Positions 30,001 through 41,851 of a DNA stretch of 64,000 nt are shown piece by piece. How positions within the stretch are numbered: the first letter of the stretch is position 1; each line of letters begins with the position of its first letter. Made by a program: the position numbers and the translations under genes. Source of the stretch: Auanema rhodensis (taxonomy: Eukaryota; Animalia; Nematoda); the NCBI GenBank assembly GCA_964057225.1, contig OZ059897.1, forward strand, positions 18,600,001-18,664,000, given 5' to 3'. Below the pieces are notes generated by a model, which made no database searches, was not told where the DNA came from, and worked only from the letters and a program-made list of their open reading frames with translations.

Positions 30001-33000
30001 CGCAGCTTAAAAATCCGCATCGAATGCACTATACTACATTGAGAAACGCTTGATACAAAAATTAGTTATGATCGTTTGAAAAATGATGCATTAGTGTATG
30101 TTGAGTTTCCATGTACACTCAACATTGCTTCCAAAAACATTTTGACAAAAATTTTTTCGAAAAATTTCAAAATAATTTAGCAAAAAGTAGATGTTTTTAG
30201 ATTCCATTTTTCAAGGCAAAGACGATGGACAATGTTATTCAACGAAAAAATTAATTCTTCAGGGTGAAAATCGAGGATATAAGTGTGAACTTATATCAGT
30301 TGATATCTCGGTGCATTTTTAAGCTAGCGCAAATCTGATAACACAGATCGACGCAGCTTAAAAATCCGCATCGAATGCACTATACCACATCGAGAAACGC
30401 TTAATACAAAAATTAGTTATAATCGTTTGAAAAATGATGCATTAGTGTATGTTGAGTTTCCATGTACACTCAACATTGCTTCCAAAAACATTTTGACAAA
30501 AATTTTTTCGAAAAATTTCAGAATAATTTAGCAAAAAGTAGATGTTTTTAGATTCCATTTTTCAAGGCAAAGACGATGGACAATGTTATTCAACGAAAAA
30601 ATTAATTCTTCAGGGTGAAAATCGAGGATATAAGTGTGAACTTATATCAGTTGATATCTCGGTGCATTTTTAAGCTAGCGCAAATCTGATAACAGAGATC
30701 GACGCAGCTTAAAAATCCGCATCGAATGCACTATACTACATTGAGAAACGCTTGATACAAAAATTAGTTATGATCGTTTGAAAAATGATGCATTAGTGTA
30801 TGTTGAGTTTCCATGTACACTCAACATTGCTTCCAAAAACATTTTGACAAAAATTTTTTCGAAAAATTTCAAAATAATTTAGCAAAAAGTAGATGTTTTT
30901 AGATTCCATTTTTTAAGGCAAAGACGATGGACAATGTTATTCAACGAAAAAATTAATTCTTCAGGGTGAAAATTGAGGATATAAGTGTGAACTTATATCA
31001 GTTGATATCTCGGTGCATTTTTAAGCTAGCGCAAATCTGATAACACAGATCGACGCAGCTTAAAAATCCGCATCGAATGCACTATACTACATTGAGAAAC
31101 GCTTGATACAAAAATTAGTTATGATCGTTTGAAAAATGATGCATTAGTGTATGTTGAGTTTCCATGTACACTCAACATTGCTTCCAAAAACATTTTGACA
31201 AAAATTTTTTCGAAAAATTTCAAAATAGTTTAGCAAAAAGTAGATGTTTTTAGATTCCATTTTTCAAGGCAAAGACGATGGACAATGTTATTCAACGAAA
31301 AAATTAATTCTTCAGGGTGAAAATCGAGGATATAAGTGTGAACTTATATCAGTTGATATCTCGGTGCATTTTTAAGCTAGCGCAAATCTGATAACACAGA
31401 TCGACGCAGCTTAAAAATCCGCATCGAATGCACTATACTACATCGAGAAACGCTTAATACAAAAATTAGTTATAATCGTTCGAAAAATGATGCATTAGTG
31501 TATGTTGAGTTTCCATGTACACTCAACATTGCTTCCAAAAACATTTTGACAAAAATTTTTTCGAAAAATTTCAAAATAATTTAGCAAAAAGTAGATGTTT
31601 TTAGATTCCATTTTTCAAGGCAAAGACGATGGACAATGTTATTCAACGAAAAAATTAATTCTTCAGGGTGAAAATCGAGGATATAAGTGTGAACTTATAT
31701 CAGTTGATATCTCGGTGCATTTTTAAGCTAGCGCAAATCTGATAACACAGATCGACGCAGCTTAAAAATCCGCATCGAATGCACTATACTACATAAAGAA
31801 ACGCTTGATACAAAAATTAGTTATGATCGTTTGAAAAATGATGCATTAGTGTATGTTGAGTTTCCATGTACACTCAACATTGCTTCCAAAAACATTTTGA
31901 CAAAAATTTTTTCGAAAAATTTCAAAATAATTTAGCAAAAAGTAGATGTTTTTAGATTCCATTTTTTAAGGCAAAGACGATGGACAATGTTATTCAACGA
32001 AAAAATTAATTCTTCAGGGTGAAAATCGAGGATATAAGTGTGAACTTATATCAGTTGATATCTCGGTGCATTTTCAAGCTAGCGCAAATCTGATAACACA
32101 GATCGACGCAGCTTAAAAATCCGCATCGAATGCACTATACTACATTGAGAAACGCTTGATACAAAAATTAGTTATGATCGTTTGAAAAATGATGCATTAG
32201 TGTATGTTGAGTTTCCATGTACACTCAACATTGCTTCCAAAAACATTTTGACAAAAATTTTTTCGAAAAATTTCAAAATAATTTAGCAAAAAGTAGATGT
32301 TTTTAGATTCCATTTTTTAAGGCAAAGACGATGGACAATGTTATTCAACGAAAAAATTAATTCTTCAGGGTGAAAATTGAGGATATAAGTGTGAACTTAT
32401 ATCAGTTGATATCTCGGTGCATTTTTAAGCTAGCGCAAATCTGATAACACAGATCGACGCAGCTTAAAAATCCGCATCGAATGCACTATACTACATCGAG
32501 AAACGCTTGATACAAAAATTAGTTATGATCGTTTGAAAAATGATGCATTAGTGTATGTTGAGTTTCCATGTACACTCAACATTGCTTCCAAAAACATTTT
32601 GACAAAAATTTTTTCGAAAAATTTCAAAATAATTTAGCAAAAAGTAGATGTTTTTAGATTCCATTTTTCAAGGCAAAGACGATGGACAATGTTATTCAAC
32701 GAAAAAATTAATTCTTCAGGGTGAAAATTGAGGATATAAGTGTGAACTTATATCAGTTGATATCTCGGTGCATTTTTAAGCTAGCGCAAATCTGATAACA
32801 CAGATCGACGCAGCTTAAAAATCCGCATCGAATGCACTATACTACATTGAGAAACGCTTGATACAAAAATTAGTTATGATCGTTTGAAAAATGATGCATT
32901 AGTGTATGTTGAGTTTCCATGTACACTCAACATTGCTTCCAAAAACATTTTGACAAAAATTTTTTCGAAAAATTTCAAAATAGTTTAGCAAAAAGTAGAT

Positions 33001-36000
33001 GTTTTTAGATTCCATTTTTCAAGGCAAAGACGATGGACAATGTTATTCAACGAAAAAATTAATTCTTCAGGGTGAAAATCGAGGATATAAGTGTGAACTT
33101 ATATCAGTTGATATCTCGGTGCATTTTTAAGCTAGCGCAAATCTGATAACACAGATCGACGCAGTTTAAAAATCCGCATCGAATGCACTATACTACATTG
33201 AGAAACGCTTGATACAAAAATTAGTTATGATCGTTTGAAAAATGATGCATTAGTGTATGTTGAGTTTCCATGTACACTCAACATTGCTTCCAAAAACATT
33301 TTGACAAAAATTTTTTCGAAAAATTTCAAAATAATTTAGCAAAAAGTAGATGTTTTTAGATTCCATTTTTTAAGGCAAAGACGATGGACAATGTTATTCA
33401 ACGAAAAAATTAATTCTTCAGGGTGAAAATTGAGGATATAAGTGTGAACTTATATCAGTTGATATCTCGGTGCATTTTTAAGCTAGCGCAAATCTGATAA
33501 CACAGATCGACGCAGCTTAAAAATCCGCATCGAATGCACTATACTACATTGAGAAACGCTTGATACAAAAATTAGTTATGATCGTTTGAAAAATGATGCA
33601 TTAGTGTATGTTGAGTTTCCATGTACACTCAACATTGCTTCCAAAAACATTTTGACAAAAATTTTTTCGAAAAATTTCAAAATAATTTAGCAAAAAGTAG
33701 ATGTTTTTAGATTCCATTTTTTAAGGCAAAGACGATGGACAATGTTATTCAACGAAAAAATTAATTCTTCAGGGTGAAAATTGAGGATATAAGTGTGAAC
33801 TTATATCAGTTGATATCTCGGTGCATTTTTAAGCTAGCGCAAATCTGATAACACAGATCGACGCAGCTTAAAAATCCGCATCGAATGCACTATACTACAT
33901 CGAGAAACGCTTGATACAAAAATTAGTTATGATCGTTTGAAAAATGATGCATTAGTGTATGTTGAGTTTCCATGTACACTCAACATTGCTTCCAAAAACA
34001 TTTTGACAAAAATTTTTTCGAAAAATTTCAAAATAATTTAGCAAAAAGTAGATGTTTTTAGATTCCATTTTTCAAGGCAAAGACGATGGACAATGTTATT
34101 CAACGAAAAAATTAATTCTTCAGGGTGAAAATTGAGGATATAAGTGTGAACTTATATCAGTTGATATCTCGGTGCATTTTTAAGCTAGCGCAAATCTGAT
34201 AACACAGATCGACGCAGCTTAAAAATCCGCATCGAATGCACTATACTACATTGAGAAACGCTTGATACAAAAATTAGTTATGATCGTTTGAAAAATGATG
34301 CATTAGTGTATGTTGAGTTTCCATGTACACTCAACATTGCTTCCAAAAACATTTTGACAAAAATTTTTTCGAAAAATTTCAAAATAGTTTAGCAAAAAGT
34401 AGATGTTTTTAGATTCCATTTTTCAAGGCAAAGACGATGGACAATGTTATTCAACGAAAAAATTAATTCTTCAGGGTGAAAATCGAGGATATAAGTGTGA
34501 ACTTATATCAGTTGATATCTCGGTGCATTTTTAAGCTAGCGCAAATCTGATAACACAGATCGACGCAGTTTAAAAATCCGCATCGAATGCACTATACTAC
34601 ATTGAGAAACGCTTGATACAAAAATTAGTTATGATCGTTTGAAAAATGATGCATTAGTGTATGTTGAGTTTCCATGTACACTCAACATTGCTTCCAAAAA
34701 CATTTTGACAAAAATTTTTTCGAAAAATTTCAAAATAATTTAGCAAAAAGTAGATGTTTTTAGATTCCATTTTTCAAGGCAAAGACGATGGACAATGTTA
34801 TTCAACGAAAAAATTAATTCTTCAGGGTGAAAATTGAGGATATAAGTGTGAACTTATATCAGTTGATATCTCGGTGCATTTTTAAGCTAGCGCAAATCTG
34901 ATAACACAGATCGACGCAGCTTAAAAATCCGCATCGAATGCACTATACTACATTGAGAAACGCTTGATACAAAAATTAGTTATGATCGTTTGAAAAATGA
35001 TGCATTAGTGTATGTTGAGTTTCCATGTACACTCAACATTGCTTCCAAAAACATTTTGACAAAAATTTTTTCGAAAAATTTCAAAATAGTTTAGCAAAAA
35101 GTAGATGTTTTTAGATTCCATTTTTCAAGGCAAAGACGATGGACAATGTTATTCAACGAAAAAATTAATTCTTCAGGGTGAAAATCGAGGATATAAGTGT
35201 GAACTTATATCAGTTGATATCTCGGTGCATTTTTAAGCTAGCGCAAATCTGATAACACAGATCGACGCAGCTTAAAAATCCGCATCGAATGCACTATACT
35301 ACATCGAGAAACGCTTAATACAAAAATTAGTTATAATCGTTCGAAAAATGATGCATTAGTGTATGTTGAGTTTCCATGTACACTCAACATTGCTTCCAAA
35401 AACATTTTGACAAAAATTTTTTCGAAAAATTTCAAAATAATTTAGCAAAAAGTAGATGTTTTTAGATTCCATTTTTCAAGGCAAAGACGATGGACAATGT
35501 TATTCAACGAAAAAATTAATTCTTCAGGGTGAAAATCGAGGATATAAGTGTGAACTTATATCAGTTGATATCTCGGTGCATTTTTAAGCTAGCGCAAATC
35601 TGATAACACAGATCGACGCAGCTTAAAAATCCGCATCGAATGCACTATACTACATTAAGAAACGCTTGATACAAAAATTAGTTATGATCGTTTGAAAAAT
35701 GATGCATTAGTGTATGTTGAGTTTCCATGTACACTCAACATTGCTTCCAAAAACATTTTGACAAAAATTTTTTCGAAAAATTTCAAAATAATTTAGCAAA
35801 AAGTAGATGTTTTTAGATTCCATTTTTTAAGGCAAAGACGATGGACAATGTTATTCAACGAAAAAATTAATTCTTCAGGGTGAAAATTGAGGATATAAGT
35901 GTGAACTTATATCAGTTGATATCTCGGTGCATTTTTAAGCTAGCGCAAATCTGATAACACAGATCGACGCAGCTTAAAAATCCGCATCGAATGCACTATA

Positions 36001-37115
36001 CTACATTGAGAAACGCTTGATACAAAAATTAGTTATGATCGTTTGAAAAATGATGCATTAGTGTATGTTGAGTTTCCATGTACACTCAACATTGCTTCCA
36101 AAAACATTTTGACAAAAATTTTTTCGAAAAATTTCAAAATAGTTTAGCAAAAAGTAGATGTTTTTAGATTCCATTTTTCAGGGCAAAGACGATGGACAAT
36201 GTTATTCAACGAAAAAATTAATTCTTCAGGGTGAAAATCGAGGATATAAGTGTGAACTTATATCAGTTGATATCTCGGTGCATTTTTAAGCTAGCGCAAA
36301 TCTGATAACACAGATCGACGCAGCTTAAAAATCCGCATCGAATGCACTATACTACATTGAGAAACGCTTGATACAAAAATTAGTTATGATCGTTTGAAAA
36401 ATGATGCATTAGTGTATGTTGAGTTTCCATGTACACTCAACATTGCTTCCAAAAACATTTTGACAAAAATTTTTTCGAAAAATTTCAAAATAGTTTAGCA
36501 AAAAGTAGATGTTTTTAGATTCCATTTTTCAAGGCAAAGACGATGGACAATGTTATTCAACGAAAAAATTAATTCTTCAGGGTGAAAATCGAGGATATAA
36601 GTGTGAACTTATATCAGTTGATATCTCGGTGCATTTTTAAGCTAGCGCAAATCTGAAAACACAGATCGACGCAGCTTAAAAATCCGCATCGAATGCACTA
36701 TACTACATTGAGAAACGTTTGATACAAAAATTAGTTATGATCGTTTGAAAAATGATGCATTAGTGTATGTTGAGTTTCCATGTACACTCAACATTGCTTC
36801 CAAAAACATTTTGACAAAAATTTTTTCGAAAAATTTCAAAATAGTTTAGCAAAAAGTAGATGTTTTTAGATTCCATTTTTCAAGGCAAAGACGATGGACA
36901 ATGTTATTCAACGAAAAAATTAATTCTTCAGGGTGAAAATCGAGGATATAAGTGTGAACTTATATCAGTTGATATCTCGGTGCATTTTCAAGCTAGCGCA
37001 AATCTGATAACACAGATCGACGCAGCTTAAAAATCCGCATCGAATGCACTATACTACATTAAGAAACGCTTAATACAAAAATTAGTTATGATCGTTTGAA
37101 AAATGATGCATTAGT
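1..37115. repeat. Satellite array, 351-bp monomer (left arm; 105 full monomers plus 260 bp)
   Basis: GTAGATGTTTTTAGATTCC... recurs at 1, 352, 703 and so on. The register is exact every 7020 bp (7021, 14041, 21061, 28081, 35101). Monomers differ by only a few substitutions. Confidence 0.99.
37111..37115 (+). repeat. Target-site duplication TTAGT (left copy)
   Basis: The empty monomer reads GATGCA-TTAGT-GTATG. Here it reads GATGCA-TTAGT-[TGTTC...]. Confidence 0.95.
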
Positions 37116-37346
37116 TGTTCTGATCTAATCAGAAATTGAAGATAATTAATGAAGAACATGAATAATCTTTACCATTTTTGAATCAATATTATAAAACACG
37201 TGAAAGTTCACGTGAGAGTCATTTTTCATTGTTTTTGTTATTAACATTTTTTATTCTTCGAGTTAACACTTATAATAATCGGTCGTTGCCAATTATTTAT
37301 AATAAATAGTTATAATATATTTTGTGTTCTTTGTTTATTCAAGACA
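37116..37346 (+). repeat. 5' LTR (231 bp)
   Basis: Begins TGTTCTGATC and ends TCAAGACA. No difference from 45588-45818 found by base-by-base reading. Confidence 0.97.
37190..37196 (+). promoter_or_regulatory. Putative LTR TATA box (TATAAAA)
   Basis: Canonical TATAAAA in the U3-like part of the LTR. The AT-rich background lowers specificity. Confidence 0.5.
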
Positions 37347-37353
37347 TAAAAAG

Positions 37354-37395
37354 TGGTGCATCGGCCGGGAATCGAACCCGGGTCGCCCGCGTGGC
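37354..37395 (-). pseudogene. 3' half of mature tRNA-Gly(GCC) including CCA (extended primer-binding site), 42 nt
   Basis: The minus strand reads GCC AC GCGGG CGAC CCGGG TTCGATT CCCGG CCGATGC A CCA. This is anticodon, 3' anticodon stem, variable loop, T arm, acceptor strand, discriminator and CCA. No 5' half or D arm is present. Confidence 0.93.
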
Positions 37396-39783
37396 TTTGA
37401 CAATCAATTCTTCAATGACAGCTAAAGGCCATTTATGTCTTTTTACGTTATTCTCTTTACAAAGGACAATTTCACCAACTACAGGAGTTGCTTTTGAATA
37501 GCTTTTACTCAAACTTTTCTTATTTGATAGATTCCTTAGTTCTTCAAGGTATGTTTCACTCCAAGCTCTCCAAAACTGATTTATGTTCGAAGTACATGAG
37601 TTTAAATACTCAATTATATCGTTTTTATTATTTATTACGTTTTTTTCCTTGTTGTCGATGTTAAATTGACAGATTAAATTTTCTGGATGAAATATTTCTA
37701 AACTCTTTGGAGTAATAATGCTATCAAAATCGTTATTTATATATGAAATTGGTCTTGAATTGATGATATTTTCAATCTCTGATAATATGACCAGTAATTC
37801 GTTATATTTCAATTTTTTCCCTTCGATATTTTTTATCAAATATTTCTTTGTTAAACCAATTAATCTTTCATAAAAACCTCCTTTCCACGGGGAATACGGA
37901 GTGATCATTTTCCATTGTATTTTCTTATTTTCGAGAAAGTTTTGAAAAATTTTCTCGGTCTTACAGAATTGAGAACCATTATCTGATATAATTTTACTTG
38001 GTATTCTCTTTCGATCAAAAAATTTTCTCAGATTATTCATTAATTCCTTGCTAGAGCTATCATTAGCGACATCTAAGTATACTGCTCGTGTACATAGACA
38101 AGTAATTAGCATAATCCAAACTTTTTTATCAGCGTTGGTTTCATTTTTCACAATTAATGGGCCGGCGTAGTCAATGCCTATGTTTTCATATGGTTTAAAT
38201 TTTAAAACTCTTTCAACTGGTAATTGAGGAAAATCTGGATACTTATAAGGTCTGTTGTTAGCTTTTTTGCATTTCATACATTGGGAAATTGTTACATTTA
38301 TACAGCTTTTCAGTTTTATAATGAAAAATTGTTTACGTATTATCGCCATCATTGTTTCTCTGTTAGCATGAAGTGAAATTTCATGCATATACTTAATCAT
38401 GAGATTTGTGAAAAATTTTTTCCCATATAATAATACTGGATAACTGTTATTCAACTTATTTGCGTTACCTAATCGGCCTCGTACTCTTAAAATACCATCT
38501 TCATCTTGAACAATGTCTAATTTTTTAAATTTTTCTTTTTTCAATTCATTACAATTCTGCAATTGATGTGCTTTTATCATAATTTTTTCACAAATTATGT
38601 TTCTTTTCGAACTATCCGATTTTTCAAAATCTTCTATCAATTTCTTAAAACATCCTTTTGAGGTTTTTCTAAGTTTAGATATGAATATCAAAATATTTTT
38701 CACAATTCTTAATAATTTTGGATATGAAGATACTTTTTGAGCTAGGAAGTCCAAATCTTGGCTTTCCTTTGTTAAGTTCTCGTTTTTTATTAGAAAATTA
38801 ATGATTTTTGATTCTGCATTACTGTTTTCTTGTCCTACAACTTCTTTTAACGTTTTAATATTATTTTGTCGTTGAATTTCATCTTTGTACCATATTGGAC
38901 CTTTCAACCATTCTTTGTATTTTTCTTCCTGAGGTTCTAGACCTCTTGTTGGTACGTCAGCTGGATTTTTCTTGGTATTCACGTAAAAATATTCTATTTT
39001 TCCGTTTTCTTTTTCCAAGTCGTCTGTTAGATGTTTGATTTTCTCCAATCTGTTTCTAACATAGACTCTTTTTGTGGGACTTTTAAAAATCCAGCATAAA
39101 ACTACTTGGGAATCAGAAAATATTTTAATATTTTGTATGTTTATATTTATTTCTTTTATATTTTCTTTCATCATCTTAACACCTAAAAGAACTGCAGACA
39201 ATTCTTTCATTGGAATTGATCCTTCAATCATTGTGGAAGATTTTACGCAAAGAAGTTCAATTTCTTCAATAATTCCGTTTTTGACATATGCTAAATAGCC
39301 TGTTGCAGCAATTACGTCTCTAGATGCGTCTGTGAACAATAAATATTCCACATATTCATTACTTTTCAATATGGATCTATCTATTTCAATTTTTTGATTT
39401 TCGATTTTACTGTATATTTCTTTCCATTCTTCTATCAAATTTTCTGACAATTCATCATCCCATTTTATTTGACTTTCCCACAGTTTTTTGAGGAAAAGTC
39501 GTGATTTCAATGTTATAGGATGAGTTATACCTATTGGATCAAAAATCGCGTTTATGAAACTCAGAATATTTCTTTTCGTTGTCTGTTTTTCTTTCCATTC
39601 TGGAATTTTCACTTCCAATTTATCTGTTACTGTATTGTAATTCATTCCTAATATTTTAAAACTTGTTTCTTTTATTTTATCTTTTTCTGGGATTTTACTA
39701 TTTTCTGATCCACAGTTTGTATAAAATTCTCTTATATTCATTCCGATTTTTGAAAATAAATTTTTTACTTCTGCGTATAACTT
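37396..39783 (-). pseudogene. pol: Captured inverted pol fragment of a second BEL/Pao family (RT C-terminus/connection, RNase H, integrase truncated in its C-terminal domain)
   Basis: Core of ORF 37339..39741(-). Homology extends upstream of the ATG (KLYAEVKNLFSKIGMNIREFY vs host KLYEEIKNLFSKVNMNVREFY) and ends at ...EELIVK. Motifs: FTDAS, FSDSQ, NPAD, HHCC, DYAGP, SDNG, GGFYE. 796 codons with no stop. The last 18 aa of the listed ORF come from tRNA and LTR sequence. Confidence 0.92.
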
Positions 39784-39794
39784 GGTGCATCGGC
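39783..39794 (+). promoter_or_regulatory. Second (native) primer-binding site TGGTGCATCGGC, tRNA-Gly
   Basis: Identical to 37354-37365, followed by an AT-rich leader and the gag ATG 120 nt later. Confidence 0.9.
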
Positions 39795-39913
39795 AAAACT
39801 AAGTAAAACAAATAAATAAGTAAATAAGTGAATATATATATATTTATTTTATTGCTTATATAAAAAAAAAAAACCGAATTAATTAATATTATTGATAATC
39901 ATATAACTCAAAA

Positions 39914-41851
39914 ATGAGTTCAAAATCAGAAACAATCAGATTAAGTAAACAAGGATGCCAAAGCAGAATAAATGGTAATGCTCCTAAAAGAGAAGTTATG
40001 TTGAAAGTCATAGAAAAAGTTGATAACGGAACACACTTAAATACAAACGATATGGATGTAATAAGTGGATACATTGAAAATCTAAGAAATGTATGTGAGC
40101 ATATTTTAATTATGAAAGCTGATGAAGACTATGACATAGTCAAAGAAATAATTGAAAATTCTCATCTAGTGGAGGAAAATAACGAAATTAGAGAAGAGTT
40201 AAACGATTTGAAAAAAATCATAAATGATGAAAACCAAAATGATAGAAAATTGAAAATCAAGTTTAATATGATATATAAACAATTACTAGAAACTTTACCT
40301 GAATGTACTGATTTGAAAACCAAAACTCTGTTCAAATTTGAGCAGAATAAACAAATAGAAACTTCGTCAACAGTATCTTCAAGTTCTGAAACAGAAGAAT
40401 TAAGTGGTTACACTAAAAAACTAAGACGTAGTGCAGAAAGTTCAAAAAGTAATCAAAAACGTAATAACATAAATTGTAAACTTGAAAAAGTACTGGAAAG
40501 ATTAAACTTTTTAGAGGAAAAATTTGACTCAGAAAGCGATAGAGAAATTAAATATATAAATGATAAATCTTTAAAAAAGAGAATCAATAAATCAAATCAC
40601 GAAACATCAGACAGACATGAAAATAATCTATATATCCCAAGACCAAAAATAAAATTAACCACGTTTGATGGAAATATCACGGAATACCCAGAATTTATGA
40701 GTATTTTTGAATTACTCATTGATAGTAACCGTAATATGTCAGAAACCGAAAAATTTTATCATTTAAAATCGAGTTTGAGTGGTAATGCTGAACATTTATT
40801 GAAATCAATTACTTTAACAGCAGAAAATTATAAAAAAGCATTGTTTCTACTTAAGAAAACATATGATAAACCTCAAGAACGAAAGAAAGTATTAAAACAA
40901 AGACTAAGAGATTTGCCAAAAGCATATAAAAATGCAGTAAATATGCAAGAAATTTATAATGAAATTCAATCCATTATAACGGGATTAAGGGAGCATAGAG
41001 ACATTGACAATGAAGAAATAATTGAAACTATAATAGAAAAATTCCCAGAACATATACAAAGAGAAATCTTCAATATAGAAAGTAATGATGGCATAGAATT
41101 GAACATTGATGAAATCATAGAAATAATCGGTAACTCAATTAAATGCGAAAAAATGATACAAAATAAAAGAGAAAACTACAACAGCACGTTGAACTTTTTA
41201 ATGAATAACAGAAACTATCAAAATTATAATAGAAAACCTTATAACTATCAGAATGATCATGAAACAAGAAGAAAAAACGATAGATTTTCTAATGGTTTTC
41301 AAAATTTGAAATATAATAATGAGAATAATGATAGAAATAGACATCAAACACAGTATGCAAACAAATTTCAAGCAATAACAAGTAAAAACAATGATTCATT
41401 AGAAAACAAAAACTGTGTATTCTGTAATAGAAATAATCATAGCAGTTTAAATTGTAAAATTATCATGGATATCAGAGAAAAAAGGAACATCATCAAGCAA
41501 AATAGTCTTTGCTGGATTTGTTACAGTAAAAATCATAATTCTTTTCAATGTAATCTTGAAAGATGTCAAAATTGTATGGAACACCATAATTCAAAAATTT
41601 GCATGAAAAATCATTATAAAAATAACGCCAAGGACGTAATTAGCATAAATTCTCAATATGCTAATCACCCTACAAGCAACAATCACATGCAATCTCAATA
41701 TGCTAATGAGGTCGGTACTCCTCAAAATACAGTAAACGGAAGAAATAAAGCAGGAAATGAATATAAATGGAAACCCAATTTAACAGGAGGTAATAATGAG
41801 CCAATTGGACAAAATTTTCGATTGGAATCAAGAATAACAGAGAAAGGGTAA
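39914..41851 (+). CDS. gag: BEL/Pao Gag (645 aa)
   Basis: DUF1759-like capsid region (PKIKLTTFDGNITEYPEF...EKFYHLKSSLSGNA). Three CCHC knuckles: CVFC-H-C, CWIC-H-C, CQNC-H-C. Confidence 0.92.
   Translation: MSSKSETIRLSKQGCQSRINGNAPKREVMLKVIEKVDNGTHLNTNDMDVISGYIENLRNVCEHILIMKADEDYDIVKEIIENSHLVEENNEIREELNDLKKIINDENQNDRKLKIKFNMIYKQLLETLPECTDLKTKTLFKFEQNKQIETSSTVSSSSETEELSGYTKKLRRSAESSKSNQKRNNINCKLEKVLERLNFLEEKFDSESDREIKYINDKSLKKRINKSNHETSDRHENNLYIPRPKIKLTTFDGNITEYPEFMSIFELLIDSNRNMSETEKFYHLKSSLSGNAEHLLKSITLTAENYKKALFLLKKTYDKPQERKKVLKQRLRDLPKAYKNAVNMQEIYNEIQSIITGLREHRDIDNEEIIETIIEKFPEHIQREIFNIESNDGIELNIDEIIEIIGNSIKCEKMIQNKRENYNSTLNFLMNNRNYQNYNRKPYNYQNDHETRRKNDRFSNGFQNLKYNNENNDRNRHQTQYANKFQAITSKNNDSLENKNCVFCNRNNHSSLNCKIIMDIREKRNIIKQNSLCWICYSKNHNSFQCNLERCQNCMEHHNSKICMKNHYKNNAKDVISINSQYANHPTSNNHMQSQYANEVGTPQNTVNGRNKAGNEYKWKPNLTGGNNEPIGQNFRLESRITEKG

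Noticed and set aside
37354-37395. Functional tRNA gene
   Set aside because: The 5' half (A box, D arm) is missing and CCA is encoded.
39074-39298. 74-aa ORF (+)
   Set aside because: Antisense shadow of the captured RNase H region with no recognisable motifs.
37339-39741. 800-aa ORF as an independent antisense gene
   Set aside because: The ATG is an internal pol Met, homology continues upstream to the breakpoint, and the C-terminus is read from tRNA and LTR sequence. It is a captured fragment.
37396-39783. Nested retrotransposon insertion, or an inverted duplication of the element's own pol
   Set aside because: It has no LTRs of its own and both ends cut mid-domain. It is far too diverged from the resident pol given the identical LTRs. 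The flanking 12-nt repeat is the PBS, not an integrase TSD.
39889-40074. 61-aa ORF (-)
   Set aside because: Antisense shadow of the gag start.
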